This document shows, one piece after another, positions 1 to 11,614 of a stretch of 47,055 nucleotides of DNA (positions are counted from its first letter, which is position 1; each line of letters opens with the position of its first letter). Origin of the DNA: Chiloscyllium plagiosum (taxonomy: Eukaryota). A program made the translations under genes and the position numbers. The stretch lies in assembly GCF_004010195.1 (NCBI RefSeq), contig NW_025214608.1, positions 1-47,055 of the forward strand, given 5' to 3'. Under the pieces are notes generated by a model. It had not been told where the DNA came from and did not search any database. It saw nothing but the letters and a program-made list of their open reading frames with translations.

Positions 1-2530
1 TTGAACTGCAACACAATTAATTAACCTTTAGAATCCTTACACTTCAGGAGAATATCAGTTAATAATACATGCTAAAATAAATGTACCAATGACAACCTCT
101 TCCAATTTTTTTGAATCACATTTAATCTTTTACAATATTATGCTGAATTTATGAAGGGTTGCTCAAGGATTTAAACATATGTAAGAATAACAGAATATAT
201 AAGAATGCACAGACTGAGAATATTAACATTCTTTCCTACGGATGAGAATCTGTGTTTTCAAGTTCTATTCTTTTATACTTTACTCTGGCTTACTTTTGCA
301 TTCCTCTTCAACAAACTAAGTCACTTTTCAAATGTCTCTTTTCATTCCAAGTTCATTAATGGATTTCTCTCTTGAATGAATAAACTAAACATTCATTTAT
401 TAAAATAAGTTTGATTTTCTGCTCATCTGACACTGGGAGAAATAAAATTCAATCCCAATTTTGCAAATTGCACTTATGCTTTTGAGCAATAAAGATTTAA
501 AACTCTGTAAGCAGATGGCTCAAAACATCAACACCAAAAAAAAAGCCTGAAAACAAAACAAAGCCACACAAGTAGAGTGATAATGGATGGTTGTATAGGC
601 TTTTATCTTCCTCCTAGTGTAAAGAACACCATTTGCAGACTACTTTGTGCTTTGAACAGCAATTCATTTTGTTTGGGGAGGCTGACAGTATCCGCATGAA
701 CCTGAATTCACTAGATTGATTAGTACCTCCAACTTAGATGTTTCTTTACAGAATAGCGAAGTTTCTTTGCCTAATGATGTTACATTTGTCCTCAGAATGA
801 TGTAGAGTGTGCTGTGGAGGATGAACTGCTTTGCTCAGATCACTCTTTATTTGGCAAGCTCTCCTGGTTCAGAAGAAACCTCCTCAGCACCATTAATATT
901 ATATATAGATACCCTTGTCACAAATTTACATCTGGTGATCCGAAATCAGGATGTGGAGGGTGGTGCTGATTTATGGAGTGAAATGTTGGAGAATAAAAAA
1001 AAAGCAGCGGTTGAGTTCACTCTAATGTTCTGGTGCGAGAGTAATCGTCAGCCATAAAAAATGTTTTGTGATAATATGCATTGAAAACTGAAGGAGTGCA
1101 GTAATTGTTTAATTCAAGTGACACTTAACCCTTTGAAGACAGCATTTAAGTAATCATTTCAAGACAGTTGATTGCTGTATGAATTATTGCTTCTTCGAAG
1201 CAACATTCTAAAATGACTGTGAAACTCTAATTTATCTGAGTATACAGACATGGTGAGATACTTATGTTTATAACTGCTTCTGAAGTTTAAGTATTCTACT
1301 CACACTCCTTATTTGAAGTCAAAAACCCCTCAAACCCCCTAAATTTATCATTGCTTTTTCATTCAGGTTTTGCCGACAAATTCCGACATTTCTCAGGATA
1401 AACCTTTTGAAATATGGCAATCAGTGACATTTAATTGATTCGAAAGCTTTAATTGACAGGCAAACTGCATATGTCATTAAATTGTAGAATGCATACAATA
1501 CATCCTAAAATATAAACTACACACTACAAAGGAATCTAGTCCAGACCAGTGGCATGGAGAGGAAAACCTGATACATAAAGTAAAATACTTCAGAATTAAA
1601 GGGCGGTGATTGGATTCTTTTTAATGTTCTGAGTAATTGCCAGTCATAAAACTGTATTTAGTGGCATTGTACATGTCAATTAATGGGCACACTCTTAATC
1701 AGAATTTTCATTGAAAAGCCCCATTCCTCAGGCACTATTTTATTTCTCATATGTACTATGCTCTATTTGATAACTGCATAAAGAAAACCATCGGCCTTGT
1801 ATGGGGGCAGTGTTGCCTTTTAAGAGATTTCAACAGCAGAATAAAATGTATCGGAAAATGAAGTGCAGAATAGAATTACCATTTAATCCAAGTAATTTTG
1901 CTTCTTTGTGTTGTCTTTATCAGATCCATTGTAATATTAATCCTTGAGGCAACATAATTTTTCTGCACAGTAAATATGTATTTTTTAAAAATTGTATGTA
2001 CTTTTTAAAAAAAACAGTTCAATATTATCTTGCAATTATTTGCAAACAAGGGATTTTTTGTCATCTATTTTCTAAGAAAGCACTTAATGTGGTTCCATTT
2101 TAATTAATTATGAAATATAAAAACTAATTGGTGACACGGCACAGTGAACTCAAGGTAAAAAGACAATCTATCCAACATGTACCCCTGTTTACAACATTTT
2201 AAAAGAAATTGCTCTTTCAAAACTATGAACAATAATTGTTGTAGTAATTTGTGAAAACTAACTGGCTCACACTCATGAAAGAATAGACAATATTATTACT
2301 TTAATTGCATTTATTAGCAGCAAAAAGTAATAGATAGGCAATAACTCAAAGGTTGGCAGTTGAGAAAATGAGGAGTGGAGGCAAAAAGAGAATAATTAAT
2401 AAATGCAAAGTAACATTTGCAGGCTTTCCTGAGATATTACATCTTTACAATTTGCTCTGACACTGATTTTCAGCATTAGAAAGGTTTGAAGTTCCCATTG
2501 TTTGAAGTCAGTAGCTTTTGTATGACTCAC

Positions 2531-2886
2531 TTCAATGGGTTTTGAACTGGCTGAAAATTCAATGCATGGACTGCAAAATCTGCCATATGTAATGTTTGAA
2601 TAGTTGAGCAGATGGACTTGGAGGTTTGTGTGCTCTCTCCAATGTCTTTATTTGACTTCTGCACATTCCTGATGAAGTCTTTCAATGTATTCAGTACCTT
2701 TCCAAATGGTCGGTCACAAGCCAGTACTGCCCCATGTATTGGTGAGTGTGTTTGATATCTTCCGGATGCTTTGAGGATAACCTCAAAATGTTCCCACTGT
2801 CCTCCTGGGAGTTCTCTGTCTCGATCAAATTCTGAGTAGAAAAGCAGATTTGGGAGTTTGGAGTAGAATTTGTGATCATTCCATAG
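2531..2886 (-). CDS. Candidate internal coding exon of an unidentified gene
   Basis: The minus-strand frame is stop-free over 2530-2928 (133 codons) and is missing from the ORF track because it lacks an early start codon. A pyrimidine-rich acceptor (...cattcctcag|CTA) lies at 2887/2886 and a GTGAGT donor at 2530-2525. Translation: LWNDHKFYSKLPNLLFYSEFDRDRELPGGQWEHFEVILKASGRYQTHSPIHGAVLACDRPFGKVLNTLKDFIRNV... I do not recognise the protein. Confidence 0.3.
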
Positions 2887-3227
2887 CTGAGGAATGTCAA
2901 TGTGGAGTGAGGGGAATTTGAAGATACATCAAGACAGTTAAAATTCTCTCTTTCCTTTTTCTTTGTTGTTTATTTGCTTAAGACCTCTCTTTAAATAGGC
3001 AACCATCAAGTACTATCGTGCCCTTTAATAGTCCTTTTCTTTTCTTTCAGCTCCTGGTCTAAGGACAAGTGTCCAAATCACTATCTACTTCACTCCCACA
3101 TTTAAAAGCACACTCTCAACAGCCATTAAAGTAAGTGCTCTCCATGGTACAAGTCATTATATCAATGTTTTTCTTCCCTCTGCTTTTGCATTGAGAGGAT
3201 ATTGTTTGTTACCATGTGTTCTTTAGA

Positions 3228-3390
3228 TTAAAAATCACACAACACCAGGTTATAGTCCAACAGGTTTAATGATGAGCGTCGCTCTGAAAGCTAGTGTGCT
3301 TCCAATTAAACCTGTTGGACTATAACCTGGTGTTGTGTGATTTTTAACTTTGTACACCCCAGTCCAATACCGGCATCTCCGAATCATGAC
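3228..3390. mobile_element. Short palindromic Penelope-like terminal-repeat insertion with 12-bp TSD
   Basis: A perfect 43-bp inverted repeat (3228-3270 / 3305-3347) flanks a degenerate hammerhead core TGATGA-gcgtcgctct-GAAAGCTA. The direct repeat TTCTTTAGATTA lies at 3219-3230 and 3391-3402. Confidence 0.7.
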
Positions 3391-4869
3391 TTCTTTAGAT
3401 TAGTGAGACATTTGATTAACTTCTCTGCTCTCCTTATTGCATAATTACAATTTGAACATAGCTTAAATTTCATCCATACTAATAAAATCCCTTATAAATC
3501 ACTTTTATATATTTTTCATATTCACCACAACTAAAACCATCATCGTTGAGTCAATCTTCACTGGTATCTGGAAATATCTATCTGCATCAAGGATTGTTAA
3601 AAACATTACTCTGAATGTGATTGGGTGTGCTATACATAAATGGCAAGACATGTTCATGTCTATTTTGGCTTTGTAGTTCTCTTAAATCAATCTAAATTCT
3701 AATTGTCATTATTCAGTTGACACTGTACTTCAGATTTAATAGCTTGTGATCTGCAGCAGGAAGGCAAAACTGTCAGTAAGAACAAGCTTAGGTTTCGGAG
3801 TAAGTACAGCAGAATGTACAGGAAAGTTCAATCTTTGATGGCACTCGATGGGTGGTAGATAATCTAGTGGAGCAGATGGGCCATCATTGAGTTCAGTGAA
3901 TAAAACTCAAATGGTTTCTATAACAGGCGAATGATTTGCTCTGTTCCACTCTGATTACTTTGAGGTGAAGACAATGTTTGTCTCAGTGAGCCATTATGCT
4001 GTGCAAGTTGAGGAAAGAGGAAGACATGAAGGATGAAATAATTGGAATTGAGGAGGACCGAAAGGTTCAAGGGAGAAATAGCATAAGAACAAACAAAGGC
4101 AACATGGGTTTCCTGTGTTATAACCAGCTGTTTATGGCATCAGTCTACATTAGTGCACTATTGTAAAGGACAAAATTTTGCTTTCATATTTATTTCTAAT
4201 GTCTATGTTGCATTTGACATTGTGGTCAAAAGTGGATTAGTGTACCTGTGAAACTATTTTGAACAGTAAATCCAGCATGAAACATATCACTAATTTCAGA
4301 CCACTTGGAAGTGTAACTCACTTTGTAAATATTCAAACCAAAACCTGACTCAAGAATATTTGAGTATGTCTGTCAAGTGTCTGAAAACCAGCAAATGATA
4401 ATGTGGTGCTGTTTTCTATGTCACACTAATAGCTTATGAAAGGTAGAGGAGTACAGTGGAAGGTTTGTTTATTTCCGTATTGTTCACTTAATACTTAGTA
4501 GGTTAGACAGTGTTAAACATTTGATATTGATAGATGTCAACATTAATATAAACTGCAAATTGATCTCTTTGACACTTGTTCTTTTCCATGTGAGTCATTG
4601 GATTCAACTGGAAAGAAGTTTGCATAAATGTATCTTACTGTAACCCCTTATATTCATGGAATTGTTAAGATTAAGGAGGGAAAAAGGGTCAATTGTGGAC
4701 AAACATGTTCAAATCTGCAATCACCTTGGGCCAAGACACATTTCTCAGTTTTATAATCCATTAGCAATTGTACCTACATTTAATGATTTAACATCTTTTT
4801 TTGGAAATTTTATTTCTTAAATATCACAAAAGAAAGCTATTGAGAAGAAATTAACCAGTTTATGGGTAT

Positions 4870-5430
4870 AGGAGTTGGTAGGTTATGGTGCAGTTGTACA
4901 GGATATCAGGTAGGCCACTTTTGGAATACTCCATTCGATTCCAGTTTCCCTGCTATGGGAAAGATGTTAAACTTGAAATGGTGCAGAAAAGATTTACGGG
5001 GATGTTGCCAGAGTTGAAGGGTTTGAGCTATAGGGAGAGGCTGAATAATCTCGGGATATTTTTCTGGGAGCGCAAGAAGCTGAAGGGTAACCTTATAGAG
5101 GCTTATAAAATTATAAGGGGCATGGATAGGGTGAATAATCAAGGATATTTTCCCCAAGGTAGGGGAGTCCAAAACTAGAGGTTAGGGTACGAGGGGAAAG
5201 ATTTAAAAGCGTCCTAAGGGGCAACTTTTTCACATGGGGAGTGGTGCATGTATCGAATGAGCTGCCAGAGGAAGTGGTGGAGGCTGGTACAATTACAACA
5301 TTTAAAAGGCATCTGGATGGGTTTATGAATAGGAAGGATTTAGAGGGATATGGACTAAATACTGGCAAATGGGACTAGATTAATTTAGGATATCTGGTTG
5401 GCATGGACGAGTTGGACCAAAGGGCTTGTT
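4870..5430 (+). mobile_element. CR1-type LINE, 3' fragment (RT C-terminus and 3' UTR)
   Basis: ORF 4885-5178 reads RPLLEYSIRF...LEMVQKRFTGMLPELKGLSYRERLNNLG...GNLIEAYKIIRGMDRV, the canonical CR1 ORF2 C-terminus. The tail is GGCATGGACGAGTTGGACCAAAGGG. Confidence 0.9.
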
Positions 5431-5699
5431 TATTGACCATTGGTATATTCAACTGAAACTTGAGCCCTGAGGTCTGGGATAGTTTGCTTATAATTTAGGA
5501 TCAGAAAAGCACTCTGAAGACTCCTTAGTCTTTTATGCATCCTGTAGTCCTGATTGAATATCACATATTCTTGTTGTTGTAATGCTGCTTAAAGATTAAT
5601 AATGTTTTTATTTACAGAACTGGACCAAGTAGACAATGAAGAGTTAAGTGAAAAACAAGTGCATCTTGCTATGAAATTATTTTGACAAGAAATGTGCAT

Positions 5700-5872
5700 T
5701 TGAAGACCACCTCGAAGGATACCACCGCTATGGAGGCCACCTGGCTATGGTGACCAACTCACATCAATCTCAACACTAAACTAATGCCTCATGTTTGAAG
5801 CCGCATTAGGAGTCTGTGTATTAAGACCACCTGAAGCAGGTCCCAAAGGTGGTTGTTATACACAGATTTTAG
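5700..5872. mobile_element. Possible decayed pogo/Tigger-like MITE arm
   Basis: Iterated AAGACCACCT/GGCCACCT submotifs end in ...ggtcccaaaggtggttgttatacacagatttt. This resembles the terminal architecture of TA-targeting pogo-like MITEs. No partner TIR was found. Confidence 0.3.
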
Positions 5873-6746
5873 AGCAGTGTATCTATTGCTAGATGTGTTA
5901 GTTGCTGATGAATGGGTTGTCTGTGAGTTCCGCATTACATGGGTGGAATGTCTGGTGCTGAGTGACTGAGTGATCCTGTACAGAATACAAGCTGTATTGA
6001 AAGTGAAAAAAAATTACGAACGAGTGATTCTTCTCTAATGAGCCATTTGTTTTTCACTCCATGTTAAATCTGCCACACATCACAAGCTTACAAGTGGTTC
6101 TTTCACTGCTGAAGTAAATCACTTTAAAAATGTTCTCATTCAGTGCCTGGCGTCTCCAAACATGTTTATGTTATATATGTTCACATAAATCAGTTTTAAA
6201 TTCAGAATAATGTGTGAACGATAAATTTCAGACTTCTCCTGAACAATAAATATCAGACTTCTCGTCAACTTTGGTGGAAATTAACCCAGAACTGGACAAA
6301 TGGCAACATCACAGCTTTAGCAGCAGGTTTGACATTTGTTGATCTGCAAACAACTGCTTTTAATGTTACCCCTTCCCTTTTTGTTTGCTCCAGTCTCGAC
6401 AATATTTCTTGCTGTGTAACCTAATCCAGTGGCTAACCAGCCTTGCAATATCCTTTACATCCTTGGAGAGCTCCCAAGTCTGCAACCACCTTCTACCCCT
6501 ACACAGCTCAGTGTCTCTGCAACATTCAGAATGTAAATCCATCACGATCTTTTGAAACACCATCAGCCTTCCTTATCTCTGTAACAGCTGCCAGATGTTA
6601 AAAGTGAAATAACTACACAGAGGTCACCAAATCACCCCTGACGCTCCTGTGCATTTTTGTCAGCCAGAAGAACTTCACTAATATGAGTTCCGTCATTCGG
6701 ACTGTTCATCTAATGAATAAGGTATTCCTACTGACCTCATTCCTTC

Positions 6747-7020
6747 GAATCATAGAATGCATCCAGTGTGGAAATATGCCCGTCGGCCCAACAAGTCCTC
6801 ACTAATACTTAGCCTTTAAATGCCCGTAATCGGCACATCCTCAGACAATTTAGGCAAGTTAGTATTGCCAATATACTTAATCTGCACATGCTTTGGGATC
6901 GTGGGTGGAATTCTACGAGGAGAATGTGCAAACTCTACACAGACAATCGCCTGGAGCTGGAATTGAGCCGGTGTCCTTGTAATATGAGACACCAGTGACA
7001 ACCGCTGAGCCACCATGCCA
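6747..7020 (-). mobile_element. HE1-like tRNA-derived SINE
   Basis: The minus strand begins TGGCATGGTGGCTCAGCGGTTG (A-box), then has GGCTCAATTCC (B-box-like), the core GTCTGTGTAGAGTTTGCACATTCTCC and a CR1-like tail TTGTTGGGCCGACGGGC...ATTCTATGATTC. Confidence 0.8.
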
Positions 7021-7399
7021 CCCTAATTCCAGCCACCACAAAAACCCTCCACGTATCTATAACGTTTATAAGCATCGACATATCTCGCAGCCTCTGAGAC
7101 CATCCCCAGCTGCGACAACCCTCTTTCTGTAACACTCTCCGAAAGAAGTCCCGTACATTTCAGTATAACCTCCTCTTATCAATCGCCTGCAGCACCAATA
7201 CAAGCTATCTTTCTGTTTTCTTCAAACACTCCATCTTAATTTCCTCCAAGCAGAAAGCCTCTTCCCCATTTCTAACCGCTTTCAAAAACTCAAACCAACT
7301 ACTGTGGCCTTGTACATATCCGGGAGCATGGTGAACTTTACAAAGTAGGAATGCTGTAGAAACGAGTGGGTTCATAGCGGTGTGAATGGTTGGCACAGA

Positions 7400-7718
7400 G
7401 GAATTACAATCCCTACAGTGTTGTAAACAGACCATTTGTCCCCACAAGTCCGAAGATTATCCAACCAAGAGCTCGACATTTACCCCGACTTATGCGTCCA
7501 ATCAACATATCCCTGAACACTAAATTCAATTTAGCATGTCCAATTCTCCTAGGTAGTACAGCTTTGGATTATCAGACGAAGCTGGAGCACCCGAAGGAAA
7601 ACAGCACAGACACAGGAAGAAAGCATAAAGTCCACAAAGACAGCCGTGCGAGGTTTGATATGAACTTGTAACACTGGTGCTTTGAGGCAGCAGTACGAAC
7701 CACTGAGCCATCACGCCA
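7400..7718 (-). mobile_element. HE1-like tRNA-derived SINE (second, decayed copy)
   Basis: Minus strand: TGGCGTGATGGCTCAGTGGTTCGTACTGCTGCCTCA...CCTTCGGGTGCTCCAGCTTC..., with tail GGTCTGTTTACAACACTGTAGGGATT. Confidence 0.75.
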
Positions 7719-7734
7719 GAAACAACAAAAAGCT

Positions 7735-8055
7735 TGATTTGCAGACGTTTTGTCCTCGTCCAGTGCACTTCACTGACATCTTCAGTGTTTTGCATCCTGT
7801 GAAGTGCTGACGTGCTGTCTCAGTTGGACTTTACTTAGTTCCTTTCATTTTTGCTTCTGGTTGGTTGTTCTGGTTGTTCATTGCAGTGGCCAGTATGGGT
7901 TTGTTTTTGGAGCCCTTGGATTAGTTCCATGCTTCCAGGAATTCTCTCGTTCCCCGAACGTTGTGTTTTCCCAGTCGACTTTGTGGTCCTGTCATCTGTG
8001 GGTAGTGGCTAGTTTGTGTTCTTGGATGTGGATTGGTAGTTATCTGACTGTTTGC
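7735..8055 (-). mobile_element. Inverted arm of a Penelope/Poseidon-like element (GIY-YIG C-terminus and 3' terminal repeat)
   Basis: The minus strand encodes IHIQEHKLAT...DWENTT...REFLEAW remnants. It ends in CTGAAGA...AAAACGTC (7785-7744), mirroring 8250-8612. Confidence 0.65.
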
Positions 8056-8655
8056 CATGCTCGCTTACATAAACAAAATCTCGGAACTGATAGCCAGACC
8101 TCTCCAATCACCTAGATTCATGACAGCCTATAAACTGACAGCCACACTCAGACAACAACTCACCAGAACAAAATACCCTGAACTCACCATTTGCAAGACA
8201 AACGTCATTTATATTACACCAAAAAAAAGACTGCCCGAAATACTACATATGACAAACAGACAGATTACTATCAATCCACGTGCCTTGTACACCAACTAGC
8301 CTCAACACGCCATGACCAGCTGACCAAATAAATATACGCACAGAGACTTCGACCTGGACAACACAACGCTCATAGCACACGCTAAACAGTGGACTGCCAG
8401 AGAACTCTTCGAGTCAGGGCACTCAGCTACCGACTCCATCAACAAGCACATTGACCTGGACCCACAAAACCAGCCACTACACAAATAACTGGAACCAGCA
8501 ATTCGGAGCAGCAGGAATGGAGCCAAATAAATTCGAGAATAGACAGCACAGAGGCACTTCAGAGATGGCCGCAAAGTCCTGAAGATGTCATTCAGGCAAG
8601 GACCGAAGCGTCAGCAAATCAACTTCCGGGCTTGGCAACATACCCGCAACCACAT
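8056..8655 (+). mobile_element. Penelope/Poseidon-like retroelement 3' part (RT thumb, GIY-YIG endonuclease), decayed
   Basis: Reads LAYINKISELIARPL...TAYKLTATLRQQLTRTK...KTNVIY, then FDLDNTTLIAHAKQWTARELFES...SINKHIDLDP. The terminal repeat has CTGAAGA (8579-8585)...GAAGCGTC (8605-8612). Confidence 0.8.
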
Positions 8656-9989
8656 CATTCCCGATGAAGGGCTTTTGCTCCAAACATACATTCTCCTGCT
8701 CTTCGAATGATGCGTGAACTGGAGTGATTCTCCAAACCAACCTCCCGATAACCACAACCATGACAACCGGCAAAGGAGCAACAAATCTGGGCCTCGTTGT
8801 TTGTGTGTTTCAAAAATAAAAATGGTATTGAGATGCAAATGCTGAGGCCCATTTCCGAGCGAGATCTATCTGTTTTGACTATTCTGTGCAAGTTGGGGAG
8901 AGAGTCTATCATCTTCCTGATCGGATTATGGAGGTCGGCTTCAGGATAGGTGGATTCAGCTGACCATTTTCAGGCGAAAGAGGGATCTTGGGATCTTCCT
9001 CATCTCATTATGGGAATGTTTCACAGAATAGATGTAGACAGCTATAAATGCTTAATACAGTTGTTTGTTTTTTCAAATCTGAATGTATTTATGTGTGTCT
9101 CTGTCTCCACGTGATTCTGACCTAAAACAGTTACAAAAGAAATGATTCTCTGCAACAACTCCCAGGTATCAATTCTTGTTCAACAGTCAGTTCAACAAAG
9201 GCTCAGATTAGAATAAACTGCCACTTTCTGAAGTATTATAACTGGGGAAAAAAGAAATTTGTATCAGCTGGTTTGAAATAAATCTGCATCTTTGAACAGA
9301 ATCTCTGAATATAGGCAATTCACTTCCCCTGTCACAGTGTGGGCGCCACTTACAGGCCTCATATGCCTGACTGGCCTGTCATCGTCCCCGATTTTATTTT
9401 TGCTACAGACAGACACAGACAGCTAAGTCATAACTTTTTTTTTCAGGGAGCATGTTTGGCAGCTTTCGTTTAGAGTTTACCTTGTCCATGCTCTTGTCGA
9501 CGAAATATTGATCTGGATATTCCACCTTCGTTTTCACTTCACCCAAAACCTAAAGCTGTTCTTGTCTTTGAAATCTACTTAAGCCTCTCTCACAATCCTT
9601 ATCTCTGTAATATCTCCCAGCCTTCATATAACTTTCCAATCTATGTTATTTCCTCCGGACAGTGGAGCTACCCTGATCTTTGACACACGCTATAATCCCT
9701 GAATTCCTTCATAATATTCCGACAAGGCAAACGAAATGTTAGTGTTAAATGTTTGAACTATGTCTGTTGTGCCTGTAATAAAGGAATATGAACAAGATTG
9801 AGAATTGGGGTATGCAAGGGTTTCCACCATTTATACAGGAAGGATAAAAATGACAATAAGCGAAGTGGCATTGTATATTAAAGGATGAGATCAGTATTAT
9901 TGTGATGATAATCATATTACACCGCACCTCTCTTCCCATTCCTCTCATCCCTGCACATTGATCCTGGTAACCTATGAAACCTTCAGAAA

Positions 9990-10640
9990 AAAGCACAACG
10001 TAGAGGAGATCGTTCTGAACACTGTCCATGTTGCACAAAATGCAATGCTTCGTTTAAGGCCATTTCCCGACTCCCCAGCCACCATAGGACTTCAGGTGCA
10101 GAACCCGGCATCTTTTTAAAATGGTTTGAGAATTTCTGCCGCTACTTCGTTTCCATGTGTGACTTCTAGATCCCATCCGTACTCTGGCTTAAATAACAAC
10201 TTTAATCAACATTTCTCTAATATTTCGACGAGCTGCATTAAATATTCACCGCTGGTAACTGAGCTCTCCAACAGGAACAAGATATTCCCTCCCTCTCTAC
10301 CCAGCCCCCGATAATATATGCAACCCAATCAAGTCACCTCTCAGCATCCTCCGTTCCAATGTTTCCTCAGAACTGCATTTTCACTTTCACAGGGTAACGA
10401 ATCTCCTGTGTACTCTCCCCAGTCCAATTCTATCCTTGCATGTGATGGGATGACCAGAACTGACAACAGTACACAAGCTGTGACTGAAGTCATTATTTAT
10501 GTATTTACGTATAAACTTCCTGCTCGTATTTTGTTCACTTTGACTGATAGAGGAAATGATATCATTTACTGTCGGAACGAGATGATTGATGTGTCCAGCT
10601 ACCTTCATGGATCAGCTACACTGACTACGATCTCATTTAT
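9990..10640 (-). mobile_element. Decayed CR1-type LINE 3' fragment
   Basis: Degenerate reverse-complement matches to the CR1 3' end (caagtcacctctcagcatcctccgttcca; gaccagaactgacaacagtac). Confidence 0.5.
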
Positions 10641-11425
10641 TGTGCATTCCTCGCTATTGTTGATGACCCCAAAGGCCTTGACTTGCATCTTTGTGGGTTG
10701 CTCGCTCCACTCACCTGGAGCCCACATTTGCTATTTTTTAAACTCTCACTTTTAATTTCCTGTCAAATCCAAGTAAGAAACAGCAGGTTATAAGATACTG
10801 TCACAAACTGACACAGTCAGGTTTATTACACACGATCGTTCTTAAACAAAGCCAGGCCGACATTCCTGCAGTCCTCGGGACTTCCTCAGTGACCGTTTAT
10901 CCTATTCTAGCCTCGACGTATTGAGTCATTCCGTTGCTCCAAAATAACCAAATCTGCGGTGTTAGCCGTTCTCCACTTCTTCGGTACCATCCCTGTATCC
11001 AGTGAAAACTGGATAATGCTGGTCATTGTAAGGCAGGGGATTTTTCCAGCATTCTTTCAATAACCTAGTACATTGTGTTAGCCCATTATTAAGATATGAT
11101 ATAATTCCCCTATTCGTAATTTATAACTCGCCAGAACCTCACACTACAACGTGTGGAACACCTCTGTTTTGTGTCAGGTCGACAGAGGCCTAAGTTATCT
11201 TGTGATTTAGTCATGTGTCATTTTAGTTGGGATTTCTGGAGGGTTTCTGTCCACAAGGTTAAGTGCATATTCTCATGACTTCATCCCCAATCTGCCTCAT
11301 TAACTACTTTCTCTCTGTGCTTGGTCTTTCTCTCACCTCACACTAACCCTATGATTATCCCCTTTTGAATATAACTTCCTACTGCCTGAATTACTGAGAA
11401 TGGACTGGTATCCCTGTTACAGGTG

Positions 11426-11614
11426 AAAGTGAGGACTGCAGATGCTGGAGATCAGTGTAGAGATTACAGTTGTGCTGGAAAAGCTCAGCATGTCAGGCAG
11501 CATCCGATGAGCAGCAGCACTTCCTGATAAATGGCTTTTGCTCAAAACGTCAAATTTCCTGCTCCTCGGATGCTGCCTGACCTGCTGTGAGTTTCCAGCA
11601 ACCCTCTACTCTAG
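11426..11614. mobile_element. Palindromic PLE terminal-repeat insertion with 15-bp TSD
   Basis: The arms GCTGGAAAAGCTCAGCATGTCAGGCAGCATCCGA / TCGGATGCTGCCTGACCTGCTGTGAGTTTCCAGC are inverted. A decayed hammerhead core CTGATAA...AAAACGTC lies between them. The TSD TCCCTGTTACAGGTG is at 11411-11425 and 11615-11629. Confidence 0.8.

Noticed and set aside
5619..5686. Plus-strand acceptor tttacag followed by (E)LDQVDNEELSEKQVHLAMKLF*
   Set aside because: Too short, with no partner exons or recognisable homology.
6940..7020. tRNA gene (also at 7640-7718)
   Set aside because: The A/B boxes are SINE heads; there is no cloverleaf, and they continue into SINE core and LINE-derived tail.
9330..9360. 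TGTCACA followed by TGGGCGCCACTTACAGG as an LTR end and tRNA-Lys primer-binding site
   Set aside because: The match to a PBS is partial, and no LTR start or gag follows.
10799..11148. Possible minus-strand solo LTR (TG...CA with AATAAA)
   Set aside because: No TSD and no supporting internal features; it could be chance.
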